Below, in pieces: positions 37,091 to 49,734 of a DNA stretch of 64,000 nt. Origin of the DNA: Bacteroidales bacterium (lineage in GTDB: Bacteria > Bacteroidota > Bacteroidia > Bacteroidales > BM520); NCBI GenBank assembly GCA_028707815.1, contig JAQWAE010000010.1, positions 1,173 to 65,172 on the forward strand, given 5' to 3'. The first letter of the stretch is position 1. Every line of letters starts with the position of its first letter. Made by a program: the position numbers and the translations under genes. Below the pieces are notes generated by a model. It was not told where the DNA came from. It made no database searches and saw only the letters and a program-made list of their open reading frames with translations.

Positions 37091-38020
37091 TTATTTCAAA
37101 ATGAAGTGTGTTTGTCCTATTTCAAGCGTTTCAGTAAATAAATTCACGTAATAAGTCCCTTCCGGAAGTGATTCTGAAAGGTCTGTTTTCTCCCATTCAA
37201 CACAAATATCATCTATCATATTGCCGTCATAATCAATAGATTGTTTAACAGTATACTGCAAGATGTTGCCATTAAAATCGAAGGATTTTGCATCGTCAGA
37301 TGTGTCACAAATTATTGCGCCATCGGGCATCGCTATTCTTACGTAAACATTTATGTTACCCGGTTCAATGATTTTATTTTCCATCAGAGAGAAGCACACT
37401 CGTATTAAATTTGTACGTTTTGCCTTATCGGTTTCGCGCTCTTTTGTACCTGTAAGATGAAAGCTGTTTGCGCTTACATCAAAAGCTGCTATTGTAGAAG
37501 CTGTTTCTATCTTCTTGGTTAATTGCTCTTTCTCCTTCATCAGCACAACATTTTTCTTCCTTTCGACCTGAATGTCGTTTTTAATCTGAGTATTTTCTTC
37601 CCGTAAAGAAGCATTAACTTGATAAAGAGAATCCATCTGACCTATATAAGACTTAGAGATAGCTTGCAATTGGTTAAATTTCTTTTTTATCTTTTTATAT
37701 TCCCATTCATAATTCAGCAAGCGTTTAATCTCTGTCGCTTCGGCATTAATGACACTGTCTTTTTCTGCCAATTGCTGAGATAGTTCGCCATAGCTGACTT
37801 TAATTTGTTCATGTTCTGACATCAGTGAATCCAATTCGCCAATCAGTTCCATCTTTTGAAATTCTTTATCAGCAAGTAAAGAATCGTATCTTGATTTAGT
37901 CGTTGTCAGGTTGATTATCAAAAAAACGACAACAGCAGCCAAAACTGTTATTGTTGTATAGAATACAATTTTTTTAGTCTTTGACTGCTGTACTTGATTA
38001 GTATTTTTCACTTCTTCCAT
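37091..38020 (-). CDS. Membrane-anchored coiled-coil protein of unknown function
   Basis: It has an N-terminal TM helix (VFYTTITVLAAVVVFLIINL), a long heptad-rich segment and a beta-rich C-terminus. Confidence 0.6.
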   Translation of the reverse strand: MEEVKNTNQVQQSKTKKIVFYTTITVLAAVVVFLIINLTTTKSRYDSLLADKEFQKMELIGELDSLMSEHEQIKVSYGELSQQLAEKDSVINAEATEIKRLLNYEWEYKKIKKKFNQLQAISKSYIGQMDSLYQVNASLREENTQIKNDIQVERKKNVVLMKEKEQLTKKIETASTIAAFDVSANSFHLTGTKERETDKAKRTNLIRVCFSLMENKIIEPGNINVYVRIAMPDGAIICDTSDDAKSFDFNGNILQYTVKQSIDYDGNMIDDICVEWEKTDLSESLPEGTYYVNLFTETLEIGQTHFILK

Positions 38021-38032
38021 AATGATGATTTT

Positions 38033-38344
38033 TTATGCTTGACCTGTTGGTCCGCCGAAAGGTATTGACAATTGGTCTTTACTTTCCGTATCAGCCACTT
38101 TACCGAACTTAGCTTCGTATCTTTGCATATTATCTTGCAAGGCTCTCATCAATCTTTTAGCGTGTTGAGGTGTCAGCACTATTCTTGATTTAACTTTAGC
38201 TTTAGGCATGCCGGGCATCATTTTCAGGAAGTCTATAATAAACTCTGTACTTGAATGCGTGATTATTGCCAAATTGGAATATATACCGTCAGCCATTTCA
38301 TCGCTGAGTTCTATATTTAACTTATTATCAGTATTTTCTCCCAT
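38033..38344 (-). CDS. DUF3467 family protein
   Basis: It has LNIELSDEMADGIYSNLAIITHSSTEFIIDF. Its position immediately after rpoC is typical of Bacteroidota. Confidence 0.75.
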   Translation of the reverse strand: MGENTDNKLNIELSDEMADGIYSNLAIITHSSTEFIIDFLKMMPGMPKAKVKSRIVLTPQHAKRLMRALQDNMQRYEAKFGKVADTESKDQLSIPFGGPTGQA

Positions 38345-38358
38345 AATTCATCGTTTTA

Positions 38359-41300
38359 TTATTCATAAGATTCATAAATTTCATCAACATCTTCCTTAGC
38401 GGTAACTATGATGTCGTTATACTTACGTAACCCTGTACCTGCGGGTATTTTGCCACCTACGATAACATTTTCTTTCATGCCAAGCAAGTAATCGCTTTTA
38501 GCTCTGATAGAAGCATCTGTAAGAACTTTTGTTGTCTCTTGGAACGAAGCCGCTGATATCCAGCTACTTGTTTGCAAGGAAGCGCGTGTAATACCTTGAA
38601 GTACTTGTTTTGCTGTTGCCGGTTTAGTCATTCGCGACTGCATCAACTTTTTATCTCTTCTCTTCAATTTTGAATTTTCTTCTCTGAAAAGTCTTGCACT
38701 GACAATTTGACCAACTTTATATTCTTCAGAATCGCCTACATCTTCGATAATATGTTTACCGTAAATCCAGTCATTTTCCTCATTAAAGTCAATACGATTT
38801 ATCAAGTCGCCTTCTAAGAACTTAGTATCGCCCGGATCATCGACTTCGACTTTACGCATCATCTGTCGGACTATAACTTCAAAGTGTTTATTATTAATCT
38901 TTACACTTTGCAGACGGTATACTTCCTGAATTTCATTCACGATATATTCTTGAACTTTTGTCGGACCTTTTATGGCGAGGATGTCAGACGGTGTCATAAC
39001 ACCTTCTGAAAGTGGTGTACCTGCTTTAACATAATCTTTTTCCTGAGCCAGAATTTGTTTGGAAGTTGGAATTAGATATTTCTTTTGTTCGCCGGTTTTA
39101 GAAGTTATGATAACCTCTCTATTACCACGTTTAGGCTTATTACTGAAAGTAACAACGCCGTCTATTTCCGATACTATTGCAGGTTCTGACGGGTTACGGG
39201 CTTCAAAGAGTTCAGTTACACGTGGCAAACCACCGGTAATATCGCTTGCTTTACCCATAATTCTCGGAATCTTGACAAGTATGTCGCCGGCTTTTATAAT
39301 GCTGCCATCTTCAACAGCAATACGCGCACCCACAGGTAAATCGAAGCCTTTAATAAAATCACCTTCTGCATTAGTGATATTGATAATAGGAGCTTTCAAC
39401 TTTTGTTTGCTTTCGATAATAACTTTATCTGTAAAGCCTGTTTGTTCATCAGTTTCGGAACGATAAGTAATACCTTCGATAACTGCTTCAAATTTAACTT
39501 TACCGGATACATCAGAAATAATTGCCGAGTTATAAGCATCCCATTCACAAATCAAGTCGCCTTTTTTCACAACCTGACCTGTTTTAAAATACAACTTAGA
39601 GCCGTAAGGGATAAAAGCTGAAGTAAGGACGATGCCGGTATTTTCGTTAATGATTTTCATTTCGGCTGAACGACCGATTACTACATCATACTTAGTATTT
39701 TCATCTTTTTCATAGTGAACATATCTAAGTTCATCAAATTCGAGGAGACCGTCGAACTTAGCTATTATTGAGCTTTCACTTGCGACATTACTTGCGGTAC
39801 CACCGACGTGGAATGTACGCAATGTCAGCTGTGTACCAGGTTCACCAATGGATTGAGCTGCTATAACGCCGACAGCTTCACCGATTTGAACCATTTTCGC
39901 CGTAGCGAGATTTCTGCCATAGCATTTAGCACAAACTCCGCGTTTAGACTCACAAGTCAATACTGAACGTATTTCTACACTTTCGATACCTGATTTTTCT
40001 ATTTCCAAAGCCTCTTTATCTTTGATTTCTTCTCCGGCTGCTATTATCAACTCTCCTGTTTCGGGGTGATATACGTCATGTAATGTAACACGACCGATAA
40101 TTCTATCAGACAATGTTTCAATAATCTGTTCATTCTTTTTCAGTGCTGTAACAGTAAGACCTCTAAGGGTACCGCAGTCATCTTCTGTGATAATTGCATC
40201 GTGAGCAACATCAACTAAACGACGTGTCAGATAACCGGCATCTGCAGTTTTCAAAGCTGTATCTGCCAAACCTTTACGAGCGCCGTGAGTAGATATAAAG
40301 TATTCAAGTACAGACAAACCTTCTTTAAAGTTCGACAAAATCGGGTTTTCGATAATCTCGCCACCCGCAGTTGTCGATTTCTGAGGTTTCTGCATCAAGC
40401 CTCTCAACCCTGACAGCTGACGAATCTGGTCCTTAGAACCACGAGCACCGGACTCAATCATCATCCATACAGGATTAAAACCTTGTCTGTCACTACTGAT
40501 AGTCTTAACTAACTCATCTGTGAGGTGTGTTGTCACACTACCCCAAACATCAATAACTTTATTATATCTTTCTGTATTAGTGATAAAACCGTTATTATAA
40601 TCATCGGTAATTCTGTCAACCTCTTCGTTAGCAGCCGCAATAATTGCCGGTTTGCTTTTAGGAATAATAATATCTCCCAAGTTAAACGAAAGCCCACCAA
40701 CGAAAGCCATGTGATAACCAAGATTTTTAATGTCATCAAGGAATTGTGCCGTTCTTGCTACGCTTGTTTTTTTAAGCACATCACTAATAATATCTCTAAG
40801 ATGTTTCTTTATCAACAGAGCATTAATATAAGGATAGTTTTCAGGTGTAAGCTGATTAAACAACACTCTACCTACGGTAGTATCTATCAATTCATATTTT
40901 TGAGTTTCAACATTTTTGACTTTGACCTTTATGCAAGCATGCAAATCTACTTTTTTCTCATTATATGCTATAATAACTTCTTCCGATGAATAGAAAGTAA
41001 AACCTTCGCCTTTGATAGGTTCTTCAGGTGTACTGTGTTTTTCCTTAGTCATATAGTAAAGACCGAGTACCATATCCTGAGAAGGCACTGTTATAGGAGC
41101 ACCGTTTGAAGGGTTAAGGATATTATGTGAAGCGAGCATCAGCAGTTGAGCTTCAAGTATGGCAGCATTTCCGAGAGGCACGTGTACTGCCATCTGGTCA
41201 CCATCGAAGTCGGCGTTGAAAGCCGTACATGCCAATGGGTGCAATTGAATTGCTTTACCCTCGATTAATTTAGGCTGAAATGCTTGAATACCAAGACGGT

Positions 41301-42642
41301 GCAATGTTGGAGCACGGTTCAGCAATATTGGGTGTCCTTTAAGTATATTTTCAAGGATTTCCCATACAACAGGGTCTTTTCTATCTACAATTTTCTTTGC
41401 AGATTTTACTGTTTTTACTATGCCTCTTTCTATTAACTTCCTGATGATAAATGGTTTATATAATTCTGATGCCATTTCTTTAGGAAGTCCGCATTCATTC
41501 ATTTTAAGTTCAGGACCTACAACAATAACAGAACGACCGGAATAGTCTACACGTTTACCGAGCAAGTTTTGACGGAAACGACCTTGTTTACCTTTCAAGC
41601 TGTCGCTCAAAGATTTTAGAGCATTATTAGATTCTGTTCTAACGCTATTAGATTTACGAGAGTTGTCTAATAAAGAATCTACTGCTTCTTGCAACATACG
41701 TTTTTCGTTACGCATGATGACATCAGGAGCTTTAATTTCTATCAATCTTTTCAAGCGATTATTACGGATGATAACTCTTCTATATAAATCATTAAGGTCA
41801 GAGGTTGCGAATCTGCCGCCATCAAGTGGGACGAGAGGTCTCAGTTCCGGTGGTATTACAGGCACTACTTTAATAATCATCCATTCCGGACGATTGTCAA
41901 GTTTAGCATTAGCTTCTCTAAAAGCCTCAAAGACGTGTAATCTTTTCAGTGCATCTGCCTTTCTTTGTTGTGATGTTTCGGTATCGGCAGCGTGGCGCAA
42001 TTTAAAAGACTCGGCATCCAAATCTAAATTTTTTAGCAAATCATATATTGCGTCAGCACCCATTTTAGCAACAAACTTATTAGGGTCGGTATCTTCAAGA
42101 TACTGATTATCCGGCGGAAGGTCTTTAGTTATATTATAATATTCTTCTTCCGTAAGGAAGTCCATATATTTTCCACCGTTTTCAAAGCCCATTGTTGCAA
42201 CTATACCCGGGTTTATGACAACATATTTTTCATAATATATGATGCTGTCAAGTTTTTTAGTTTGCAAGCCAAGCAGAGCACCTATTTTATTAGGTATAGA
42301 GCGGAAGTACCAAATATGAGCTACAGGAACTACTAATTGTATATGTCCCATTCTGTCACGACGTACTTTTTTCTCGGCGACTTCAACGCCACAGCGGTCA
42401 CAAACAATACCTTTATATCTGATTCTCTTATATTTACCGCAATGGCATTCCCAGTCTTTCACCGGACCGAATATTCTTTCGCAGAACAAACCATCTTGTT
42501 CGGGCTTGTACGTTCTGTAGTTTATAGTTTCCGGTTTTATAACTTCACCATGCGAGCGTTCCAATATAGATTCGGGTGATGCTAAACTTATTGTTATAGA
42601 TTTAAACTCATTAACGAGTTGATTGTCACTTTTGCGAGCCAT
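38359..42642 (-). CDS. rpoC: DNA-directed RNA polymerase subunit beta'
   Basis: It has the NADFDGDQM catalytic motif, a zinc-binding [14 protein letters not shown] and a length of 1427 aa. Confidence 0.98.
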   Translation of the reverse strand: MARKSDNQLVNEFKSITISLASPESILERSHGEVIKPETINYRTYKPEQDGLFCERIFGPVKDWECHCGKYKRIRYKGIVCDRCGVEVAEKKVRRDRMGHIQLVVPVAHIWYFRSIPNKIGALLGLQTKKLDSIIYYEKYVVINPGIVATMGFENGGKYMDFLTEEEYYNITKDLPPDNQYLEDTDPNKFVAKMGADAIYDLLKNLDLDAESFKLRHAADTETSQQRKADALKRLHVFEAFREANAKLDNRPEWMIIKVVPVIPPELRPLVPLDGGRFATSDLNDLYRRVIIRNNRLKRLIEIKAPDVIMRNEKRMLQEAVDSLLDNSRKSNSVRTESNNALKSLSDSLKGKQGRFRQNLLGKRVDYSGRSVIVVGPELKMNECGLPKEMASELYKPFIIRKLIERGIVKTVKSAKKIVDRKDPVVWEILENILKGHPILLNRAPTLHRLGIQAFQPKLIEGKAIQLHPLACTAFNADFDGDQMAVHVPLGNAAILEAQLLMLASHNILNPSNGAPITVPSQDMVLGLYYMTKEKHSTPEEPIKGEGFTFYSSEEVIIAYNEKKVDLHACIKVKVKNVETQKYELIDTTVGRVLFNQLTPENYPYINALLIKKHLRDIISDVLKKTSVARTAQFLDDIKNLGYHMAFVGGLSFNLGDIIIPKSKPAIIAAANEEVDRITDDYNNGFITNTERYNKVIDVWGSVTTHLTDELVKTISSDRQGFNPVWMMIESGARGSKDQIRQLSGLRGLMQKPQKSTTAGGEIIENPILSNFKEGLSVLEYFISTHGARKGLADTALKTADAGYLTRRLVDVAHDAIITEDDCGTLRGLTVTALKKNEQIIETLSDRIIGRVTLHDVYHPETGELIIAAGEEIKDKEALEIEKSGIESVEIRSVLTCESKRGVCAKCYGRNLATAKMVQIGEAVGVIAAQSIGEPGTQLTLRTFHVGGTASNVASESSIIAKFDGLLEFDELRYVHYEKDENTKYDVVIGRSAEMKIINENTGIVLTSAFIPYGSKLYFKTGQVVKKGDLICEWDAYNSAIISDVSGKVKFEAVIEGITYRSETDEQTGFTDKVIIESKQKLKAPIINITNAEGDFIKGFDLPVGARIAVEDGSIIKAGDILVKIPRIMGKASDITGGLPRVTELFEARNPSEPAIVSEIDGVVTFSNKPKRGNREVIITSKTGEQKKYLIPTSKQILAQEKDYVKAGTPLSEGVMTPSDILAIKGPTKVQEYIVNEIQEVYRLQSVKINNKHFEVIVRQMMRKVEVDDPGDTKFLEGDLINRIDFNEENDWIYGKHIIEDVGDSEEYKVGQIVSARLFREENSKLKRRDKKLMQSRMTKPATAKQVLQGITRASLQTSSWISAASFQETTKVLTDASIRAKSDYLLGMKENVIVGGKIPAGTGLRKYNDIIVTAKEDVDEIYESYE

Positions 42643-42662
42643 TTAATATCAATTTTAGCGAT

Positions 42663-45600
42663 TTACAAATTATCAAAAGTAATATTCAGTCCCAGACATC
42701 TAAGTTCATGTACAAGAACGTTGAAAGACTCCGGCAAGCCGGGCTTCGGCATAACATCACCTTTAACTATAGCTTCGTATGCTTTTGCTCTACCTTGTAC
42801 GTCATCAGATTTTACTGTCAAAATCTCTTGCAGAATATTTGATGCTCCGAAAGCTTCAAGAGCCCAAACTTCCATCTCTCCAAAACGTTGACCTCCAAAT
42901 TGAGCTTTACCGCCAAGAGGTTGTTGAGTAATCATAGAGTAAGGACCTATAGAACGTGCGTGCATCTTATCATCAACCATGTGATGAAGTTTTATCATAT
43001 AGATATAGCCTACTGTTGCAGGTTGGTCAAAGCGCTCACCGGTACCACCATCATAAAGATATACTTTACCGTTTTCAGGCAGACCTGCTTTTTTCATATA
43101 GTCATTAACTTCATCAAGTTCTGCACCATCAAAAATAGGTGTCGCAAATTTTAAGCCCAACTCATGACCTGCCCAGCCTAAAACAGTTTCATAGATCTGT
43201 CCAAGGTTCATACGAGAAGGAACACCCAACGGATTCAAAACTATATCTACAGGTGTACCATCTTCCAAGAACGGCATATCTTCTTCTCGAACTATCCTTG
43301 AAACTATACCTTTATTACCGTGACGACCAGCCATCTTATCTCCAACTCTCAATTTACGTTTCTTGGCAACATAAACTTTTGCAAGTTGAACTATATCACT
43401 TGGTAACTCATCGCCCACAGAAGCAACAAATTTTTCACGATTATACTTCCCAAGAAGTTCTTTATATTTCTGATTATAATTATAAATCAACTGTTTGACT
43501 AGCTCATTCTTATTATCATCACTTGTCCAACGATTTGGATTAACAACAGTATAATTGACTGAAGCTAAATTCTTAAGATTGAATTTAATCTTTCGTGGTA
43601 TGACTTCTTCATTATAATTATTATAAACGCCCTGACAAGTTTTTCCCAAGACAAAATTAGCCATTTTGCCGACCATTTGTTCGTTAAGATTTTCGATGTC
43701 AGCGGCAAAACGTGCATCAATAGCGGCAAGCATTTCCATTTCCTTACCTCTTGTCTTACGATTTTTTATGGCTTTTGAGAACAACTTCTTGTCAATAACA
43801 ACGCCCTTCATTGAGGGAGGTGCCTTAAGAGAAGCATCTTTCACATCGCCGGCTTTATCTCCGAAGATGGCGCGGAGCAATTTCTCCTCCGGTGTCGGGT
43901 CACTTTCACCCTTAGGGGTGATTTTACCTATAAGTATATCACCTTCAACCACTTCTGCACCAACTCTAATCAAGCCGTTCTCATCAAGGTCTTTAATGGC
44001 ATCAGTACTTACATTGGGAATATCATTAGTTAACTCTTCTATTCCGCGTTTTGTATCACGCACTTCAAGAGTAAATTCTTCTATATGTACAGAAGTAAAT
44101 ATATCTTCTTTAAGAACTCTTTCCGAAATAACGATTGCATCTTCATAATTATAACCTTTCCAAGGCATAAATGCCACTTTAAGGTTTCTACCTAATGCAA
44201 GTTCGCCATCTTGAGTTCCGTAGCCCTCACAAAGAGCATCACCTTTTTCTACTTTTTGTCCTTTTCTGACTATAGGACGTAAATTGATAGAAGTACTTTG
44301 ATTAGTACGTTGAAATTTAGTAAGATTATATGTTTTGACCGGACCATCGAAGTTAATCATATCTTCCAATTCGGTTCTTTCATACTTCACAACGATTGTT
44401 TTACTGTCAACATAAGTTACTTCGCCGTTACCTTCAGCAGATACAAGTACTCGAGAATCGCGAGCTACTGAACGTTCTATGCCTGTACCGACTATTGGTG
44501 CTTCGGGATTTAGCAAAGGCACTGCTTGACGCATCATGTTAGACCCCATCAAAGCACGGTTAGCATCGTCATGTTCGAGGAAAGGAATTAAAGAAGCTGC
44601 AATAGAAGATATTTGATTTGGTGCAACATCTATCAAAGATATTTGGTCTTTGCTGACTATTGGGTAGTCGGCTTGATACCTTGCTTTTAATTTATCTTCC
44701 AAAATATTGCCTTCTTCATCAATAGGAGTTTTTGCTTGTGCTATAATTTTATCTTCTTCTTCTTCAACGCTCATATACTGTATTGGTCTTTCGAGACATA
44801 CGCGACCGTTTTCGACTTTCAGATAAGGTGTTTCAATAAAGCCAAGTCTGTTGATACGGGCGTAAACGCACAAAGAAGAAATCAATCCGATATTAGGACC
44901 TTCAGGAGTTTCTATTGTACACAGACGACCGTAGTGAGTATAGTGAACATCACGGACTTCGAAGCCGGCGTGTTCGCGTGTCAGACCGCCGGGTCCGAGA
45001 GCAGAAATTCTACGTTTATGTGTTAGTTCTGAAAGCGGATTGGTTTGATCCATAAACTGTGACAGCTGATTTGTGCCGAAGAAAGAGTTGATGACAGAAG
45101 AAAGGGTTTTTGCGTTGATAAGTTCCGTAGGACTGAACACTTCATTATCCCTGACGTTCATACGCTCTTTAATTGTCCTTGTCATTCTAAGGAGACCAAC
45201 GCTGAATTGATTAGCTAATTGTTCGCCTACAGTTCTGATACGACGATTACTAAGGTGGTCTATATCATCAACATCCGCTTTAGAATTAATAAGTTCTATT
45301 AAGTAATTGATTATCGAAATAATATCCTCTTTAGTCAGGATACGTGTTTCGATAGGTATTTTAAGATTAAGTTTTTTGTTTATTTTGTACCTGCCAACTT
45401 CGGCGAGGTCATATCTTTTATCGGAGAAAAATAATTTTTCTATAACGCTGCGAGCTGTTTCTTCATCAGGAGGTTCAGCATTACGCAATTGGCGGTATAT
45501 AAATTCGATAGCTTCTTTTTCCGAATTAGCTGTGTCTTTTTGCAGTGTGTTGAAGATAACCGAATAATCATTGGCATCAGCTTGTTCTTTATGTATAAGA

Positions 45601-46475
45601 ATTGTTTTGACACCTGCATTGATTATCATATCAATATGTTCATTTTGCAGAACGGTTTCGCGTTCTATGATAACGTCTGTACGTTCTATAGATACCACTT
45701 CGCCTGTATCTTCGTCTACGAAGTCCTCGACCCAGGGGCTGACAACGCGGGCGGCTAATTTTCTGCCTATGACACGTTTAAGCCCGGCTTTTGTCACTTT
45801 AATTTCTTCAGCGAGGTCAAAAGCATCGAGAATATCTTTATCTGTTTCATAGCCGATAGCACGTAATAAAGTTGTCACGGGCAACTTTTTCTTTCTATCA
45901 ATATAGGCATACATAACGTTATTGATGTCGGTAGTAAATTCCATCCACGAACCTTTGAATGGTATAATACGAGCCGAGTATAATTGGGTACCGTTAACGT
46001 GGTAATGTGTTCCGAAAAATACGCCCGGGGAGCGATACAATTGAGAAACCACAATACGTTCGGCACCATTTATACAGAAGGTGCCTCTTGGGGTCATATA
46101 AGGTATCATACCTAAATAGACATCTTGGACAACTGTTTTAAAATCCTCGTGTTCTTCATCGGTACAATATAATTTCAACTTAGCCTTAAGGGGAACACTA
46201 TACGTCAGACCTCTCTCGAAGCATTCTTCTATTGAATATCTTGGAGGGTCAACATAATAATCAATAAACTCTAAAACAAAATTGTTCCTCGCATCATTTA
46301 TCGGGAAATTTTCGGCAAAAACTTTATATAATCCTTCATTCTGCCTGTTCTCAGGATTGCAATTAAGCTGGAAAAAGTCCTGAAAAGATTTCAACTGAAT
46401 ATCAAGGAAATCCGGATATTCCGCTTTAATTTTGGTTTTACCAAAATTAATTCTATTTGCATTTTTGGTAGCCAA
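42663..46475 (-). CDS. rpoB: DNA-directed RNA polymerase subunit beta
   Basis: It is 1270 aa with conserved blocks ([18 protein letters not shown]-like [22 protein letters not shown]). Confidence 0.98.
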   Translation of the reverse strand: MATKNANRINFGKTKIKAEYPDFLDIQLKSFQDFFQLNCNPENRQNEGLYKVFAENFPINDARNNFVLEFIDYYVDPPRYSIEECFERGLTYSVPLKAKLKLYCTDEEHEDFKTVVQDVYLGMIPYMTPRGTFCINGAERIVVSQLYRSPGVFFGTHYHVNGTQLYSARIIPFKGSWMEFTTDINNVMYAYIDRKKKLPVTTLLRAIGYETDKDILDAFDLAEEIKVTKAGLKRVIGRKLAARVVSPWVEDFVDEDTGEVVSIERTDVIIERETVLQNEHIDMIINAGVKTILIHKEQADANDYSVIFNTLQKDTANSEKEAIEFIYRQLRNAEPPDEETARSVIEKLFFSDKRYDLAEVGRYKINKKLNLKIPIETRILTKEDIISIINYLIELINSKADVDDIDHLSNRRIRTVGEQLANQFSVGLLRMTRTIKERMNVRDNEVFSPTELINAKTLSSVINSFFGTNQLSQFMDQTNPLSELTHKRRISALGPGGLTREHAGFEVRDVHYTHYGRLCTIETPEGPNIGLISSLCVYARINRLGFIETPYLKVENGRVCLERPIQYMSVEEEEDKIIAQAKTPIDEEGNILEDKLKARYQADYPIVSKDQISLIDVAPNQISSIAASLIPFLEHDDANRALMGSNMMRQAVPLLNPEAPIVGTGIERSVARDSRVLVSAEGNGEVTYVDSKTIVVKYERTELEDMINFDGPVKTYNLTKFQRTNQSTSINLRPIVRKGQKVEKGDALCEGYGTQDGELALGRNLKVAFMPWKGYNYEDAIVISERVLKEDIFTSVHIEEFTLEVRDTKRGIEELTNDIPNVSTDAIKDLDENGLIRVGAEVVEGDILIGKITPKGESDPTPEEKLLRAIFGDKAGDVKDASLKAPPSMKGVVIDKKLFSKAIKNRKTRGKEMEMLAAIDARFAADIENLNEQMVGKMANFVLGKTCQGVYNNYNEEVIPRKIKFNLKNLASVNYTVVNPNRWTSDDNKNELVKQLIYNYNQKYKELLGKYNREKFVASVGDELPSDIVQLAKVYVAKKRKLRVGDKMAGRHGNKGIVSRIVREEDMPFLEDGTPVDIVLNPLGVPSRMNLGQIYETVLGWAGHELGLKFATPIFDGAELDEVNDYMKKAGLPENGKVYLYDGGTGERFDQPATVGYIYMIKLHHMVDDKMHARSIGPYSMITQQPLGGKAQFGGQRFGEMEVWALEAFGASNILQEILTVKSDDVQGRAKAYEAIVKGDVMPKPGLPESFNVLVHELRCLGLNITFDNL

Positions 46476-46495
46476 TGTATATTGGATTTAGGTTA

Positions 46496-46568
46496 AAAAA
46501 AGAAAAAGAACAAATAAAAACAAGGAATAGACACACCATGATTATAGCATGGCGTTTGTCTATTCCTT
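46496..46568 (-). terminator. rplL-rpoB intergenic attenuator or terminator hairpin
   Basis: A 12-bp stem aaggaatagaca / tgtctattcctt (46522-46533 and 46557-46568) has an inner ccatg..catgg helix. On the minus strand it is followed by GTTTTTATTTGTTCTTTTTCTTTTTTT. Confidence 0.65.
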
Positions 46569-46586
46569 ATATTGATAACGTAAAAG

Positions 46587-46964
46587 TTATTTAACTTCTA
46601 TTTCAGCGCCTGCTTCTGTTAATGCAGCTCTGAGGTGTTCAGCTTCATCTTTAGAAGCACCTTCTTTTAATGGTGCCGGTGCGGAATCAACGAGAGCTTT
46701 TGCTTCTTTAAGTCCTAAGCCGGTAAGTTCTTTAACGAGTTTCACAACATCGAGTTTTTTAGGTCCTGCATTTTTGATGATAACGTCAAATTCAGTTTTT
46801 TCTTCAACTGCTTGAGCACCTTCAGCTGCTGGAGCTGCTGCAACAGCCACTGCTGCGGCTGCCGGTTCGATACCATACTCATTTTTAAGAATCTCTGCAA
46901 GTTCATTAACCTCTTTTACGGTTAAATTTACTAACTGTTCTGCAAATGCTTTTAAGTCTGCCAT
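46587..46964 (-). CDS. rplL: 50S ribosomal protein L7/L12
   Basis: It is 125 aa with an Ala-rich hinge and a conserved C-terminal domain ([19 protein letters not shown]). Confidence 0.97.
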   Translation of the reverse strand: MADLKAFAEQLVNLTVKEVNELAEILKNEYGIEPAAAAVAVAAAPAAEGAQAVEEKTEFDVIIKNAGPKKLDVVKLVKELTGLGLKEAKALVDSAPAPLKEGASKDEAEHLRAALTEAGAEIEVK

Positions 46965-47014
46965 TTTGTTTATTTTTTTAATTATTTAATACTATATTTT
47001 TTATTGAAAATAAT

Positions 47015-47536
47015 TTATTCCGATTTTTCGGACAAAGTTTTTAGGACACCTGATATTTTCTGTCCACCCGACTGCAAAGCTGAAATAACATTTCTTGCAG
47101 GAGATTGGAGTAAAAATACGATATCACCGATGAGTTCATTTTTAGACTTAATGTCACACAAAGCCTGAAGCATATTGTCACCTACGTAAACACATTCTTC
47201 TATATAAGCACCTTTAAGAATAGGCTTGTTAGAAGATTTTCTGGCTTCTTTGATAAGTTTAGCCGGCAGGTTGCTGCTTTCAGCCGTCATAATAGCTGTG
47301 TGACCTTTCAGAACGTGCATCAAGTCTCCAAAATTCACGTTAGAATTTTCCATTGCTTTTCTAAGCAATGCGTTTTTCACAACCATTAATTTGACATCAC
47401 GTTTAAAACATAAGCGACGCAATTCGCTTGTTGCTGTTGCATTAAGGTCACCAATATCTGCTAAATATATAACATGTTCCGTATTAAGCATATCGGTGAG
47501 TTTGGTTATAAAACCGTCTTTATTTTCTTTTTTCAT
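47015..47536 (-). CDS. rplJ: 50S ribosomal protein L10
   Basis: It is supported by its size, its position between rplA and rplL, and L10-like sequence. Confidence 0.93.
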   Translation of the reverse strand: MKKENKDGFITKLTDMLNTEHVIYLADIGDLNATATSELRRLCFKRDVKLMVVKNALLRKAMENSNVNFGDLMHVLKGHTAIMTAESSNLPAKLIKEARKSSNKPILKGAYIEECVYVGDNMLQALCDIKSKNELIGDIVFLLQSPARNVISALQSGGQKISGVLKTLSEKSE

Positions 47537-47564
47537 CTCTCACTAAATTTTAATTTAATACGAA

Positions 47565-48260
47565 TTATATGGTAATTGACTTAACGTCAACTTTTACGCC
47601 AGGGCTCATTGTACTTGATACGAATACGCTTTTCATATAAGTTCCCTTAGCTGCGGAAGGTTTCAACTTCAATATAGTAGTTAAAACTTCGCGTGCATTT
47701 TCAATAAGTTTCTCTTTATCGAAAGATACTTTGCCTACTGCTGCGTGGATAATACCGAATTTGTCAACTTTAAAGTCAATTTTACCGGCTTTTACCTCTT
47801 TCACAGCATTAGCTATGTCCATGGTTACGGTACCTGTTTTAGGGTTAGGCATTAAGCCGCGGGGACCTAATATACGTCCTAAAGCACCAACTTTGGGCAT
47901 TACGCTGGGCATGGTAATCACAACATCAACATCAGTCCATCCTTCTTTGATTTTCTGAATATATTCATCGAGTCCGACATAGTCGGCACCTGCTGATTTG
48001 GCTTCTTCTTCTTTCTCAGGAGTACACAAAACGAGTACTCTCTTTGTCTTTCCTGTTCCGTGAGGAAGGGTGACTGTACCTCTAACCATCTGATTAGCTT
48101 TACGCGGGTCAACTCCTAATCTTACATCCACATCAAAAGAAGCGTCAAATTTTGTATAGGTAATATTTTTTACTACCTCAACAGCCTCGTTCAAAGAATA
48201 TGCTTTTTGTTGATCATATTTCGAAAGAGCTTCTTGCTTTTTCTTTGCTATTTTAGCCAT
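47565..48260 (-). CDS. rplA: 50S ribosomal protein L1
   Basis: It has [26 protein letters not shown], typical of L1. Confidence 0.97.
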   Translation of the reverse strand: MAKIAKKKQEALSKYDQQKAYSLNEAVEVVKNITYTKFDASFDVDVRLGVDPRKANQMVRGTVTLPHGTGKTKRVLVLCTPEKEEEAKSAGADYVGLDEYIQKIKEGWTDVDVVITMPSVMPKVGALGRILGPRGLMPNPKTGTVTMDIANAVKEVKAGKIDFKVDKFGIIHAAVGKVSFDKEKLIENAREVLTTILKLKPSAAKGTYMKSVFVSSTMSPGVKVDVKSITI

Positions 48261-48288
48261 TCTTAGAAATTTTTAAAATTCGACTTTA

Positions 48289-48732
48289 TTATTTGGCAAA
48301 CGGGTTATCTCCTTTAACAGTAACGCCCATACTGCGGGCAGTACCGGCAACCATCTTCATTCCTGATTCAATTGTGAAAGCATTAAGGTCGGGCATCTTA
48401 TCTGTTGCTATCGCCTGTACTTGTTCCCAAGTCAAGCTGCCGACTTTCTTTCTGTTAGGTTCTGCCGAACCTTTTTTGATTTTTGCAACTTCCAGCACTT
48501 GAACGGCAACCGGAGGGGTCTTTACTATAAAAGAGAATGACTTGTCTTTAAAAACGGTTATTATCACAGGTAAAACCTTACCGGCTTTATCTTGTGTCCT
48601 ACCGTTAAACTGCTTGCAAAATTCCATAATATTAACACCCTTGGAACCCAATGCAGGACCTATAGGTGGTGATGGATTTGCAGCACCTCCTTTAATTTGT
48701 AATTTAATGTAGCCGCTAATTTCTTTTGCCAT
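48289..48732 (-). CDS. rplK: 50S ribosomal protein L11
   Basis: It has [34 protein letters not shown], typical of L11. Confidence 0.97.
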   Translation of the reverse strand: MAKEISGYIKLQIKGGAANPSPPIGPALGSKGVNIMEFCKQFNGRTQDKAGKVLPVIITVFKDKSFSFIVKTPPVAVQVLEVAKIKKGSAEPNRKKVGSLTWEQVQAIATDKMPDLNAFTIESGMKMVAGTARSMGVTVKGDNPFAK

Positions 48733-48801
48733 TTTTAAAAAATTTTTATTATTTAGAAATCTGTTTGGAATTCAGGACAACGCAAAAAGCCAAAAGTCTC
48801 A

Positions 48802-49350
48802 CTATTCTTTTGCCACCTGCATAAATCCTAACTCCAGCGGAGTTTTTCTGCCAAAGATTTTCACCATCACTTTCAGCTTTTTCTTCTCACTATTAATTTC
48901 TTCTATCACGCCGCTGAAACTATTGAAGGGACCATCTGTGACAGTAACCGTCTCACCTACGATAAATGGAACGCTGACATCTTCGCCAAGCTCTGCGAGC
49001 TCATCGACTCTGCCAAGCAATCTGTTTACTTCGGCGGGGCGGAGCGGTTCAGGATGATCTTTGGTACCAACGAAACCTAAAACATCCGGTATGTTCTGTA
49101 TATAGCCCATAACACGCAAATTAAGATATGCCTCTATTAACACATAACCTGAAAAGAAGTTGCGCTCTTTGATAATTTTCTTCCCGTTTCTGATTTGATA
49201 TACTTTTTCCGTAGGAATAAGCACTTGTAAAATCATTTCACGCATATCATCACGCCTCGCCAAATCTGTATCAAGGTAATGTTTAACACGCTTCTCTTTG
49301 CCACTTATAGCCTTAACAACGTACCAATTTTTTACAGGTTTTTCATCCAT
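48802..49350 (-). CDS. nusG: Transcription termination/antitermination factor NusG
   Basis: It has the NGN domain ([14 protein letters not shown]) and a KOW motif ([21 protein letters not shown]). Confidence 0.95.
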   Translation of the reverse strand: MDEKPVKNWYVVKAISGKEKRVKHYLDTDLARRDDMREMILQVLIPTEKVYQIRNGKKIIKERNFFSGYVLIEAYLNLRVMGYIQNIPDVLGFVGTKDHPEPLRPAEVNRLLGRVDELAELGEDVSVPFIVGETVTVTDGPFNSFSGVIEEINSEKKKLKVMVKIFGRKTPLELGFMQVAKE

Positions 49351-49361
49351 ACCTAATAAGA

Positions 49362-49568
49362 TTATGCTAAACCATAAAACAGCTCGAGTAAATTCTTAAA
49401 AGAAAGATCCATCAAGAACACCACTAACGCGATGATAAGGGAAGCAATGGATACTACTACTGCGCTGCTTTGTAGTTCTTGCCATGTTGGCCATGTCGTT
49501 TTGAATTTCAATTCTTCATAGCAACCGACAATATATCTAACAATTTTGTTATCACTAAATTTTGCCAT
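49362..49568 (-). CDS. secE: Preprotein translocase subunit SecE
   Basis: It is 68 aa with a single C-terminal TM helix, in the canonical position between tRNA-Trp and nusG. Confidence 0.88.
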   Translation of the reverse strand: MAKFSDNKIVRYIVGCYEELKFKTTWPTWQELQSSAVVVSIASLIIALVVFLMDLSFKNLLELFYGLA

Positions 49569-49589
49569 CTTTTATTTGTATTTGATAAG

Positions 49590-49662
49590 CACGGGTGGTA
49601 AGACTCGAACTCACAACCTATGGTTTTGGAGACCACCACTCTACCAATTGAGCTACACCCGT
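49590..49662 (-). tRNA. tRNA-Trp (anticodon CCA)
   Basis: I folded the cloverleaf by hand. The acceptor is ACGGGTG / CACCCGT, the anticodon loop is CTCCAAA and the T-loop is TTCGAGT. Confidence 0.9.
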
Positions 49663-49734
49663 TTTTAGAAGTATCATAGATAAAGATACCCCGGCAGAGC
49701 CGGAATATCTTCTTCCACAATACTTATTATCATA

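Noticed and set aside
40525-40989. 154-aa plus-strand ORF (and similar ORFs at 39059..39466, 41663..42106, 43666..44148, 53541..54104, 55176..55616)
   Set aside because: They are antisense shadows within rpoC, rpoB and the T9SS cargo gene. They have low-complexity composition and no independent support.
49508-49720. 70-aa minus-strand ORF
   Set aside because: It overlaps tRNA-Trp and the secE start region, and the tRNA fold explains the sequence.
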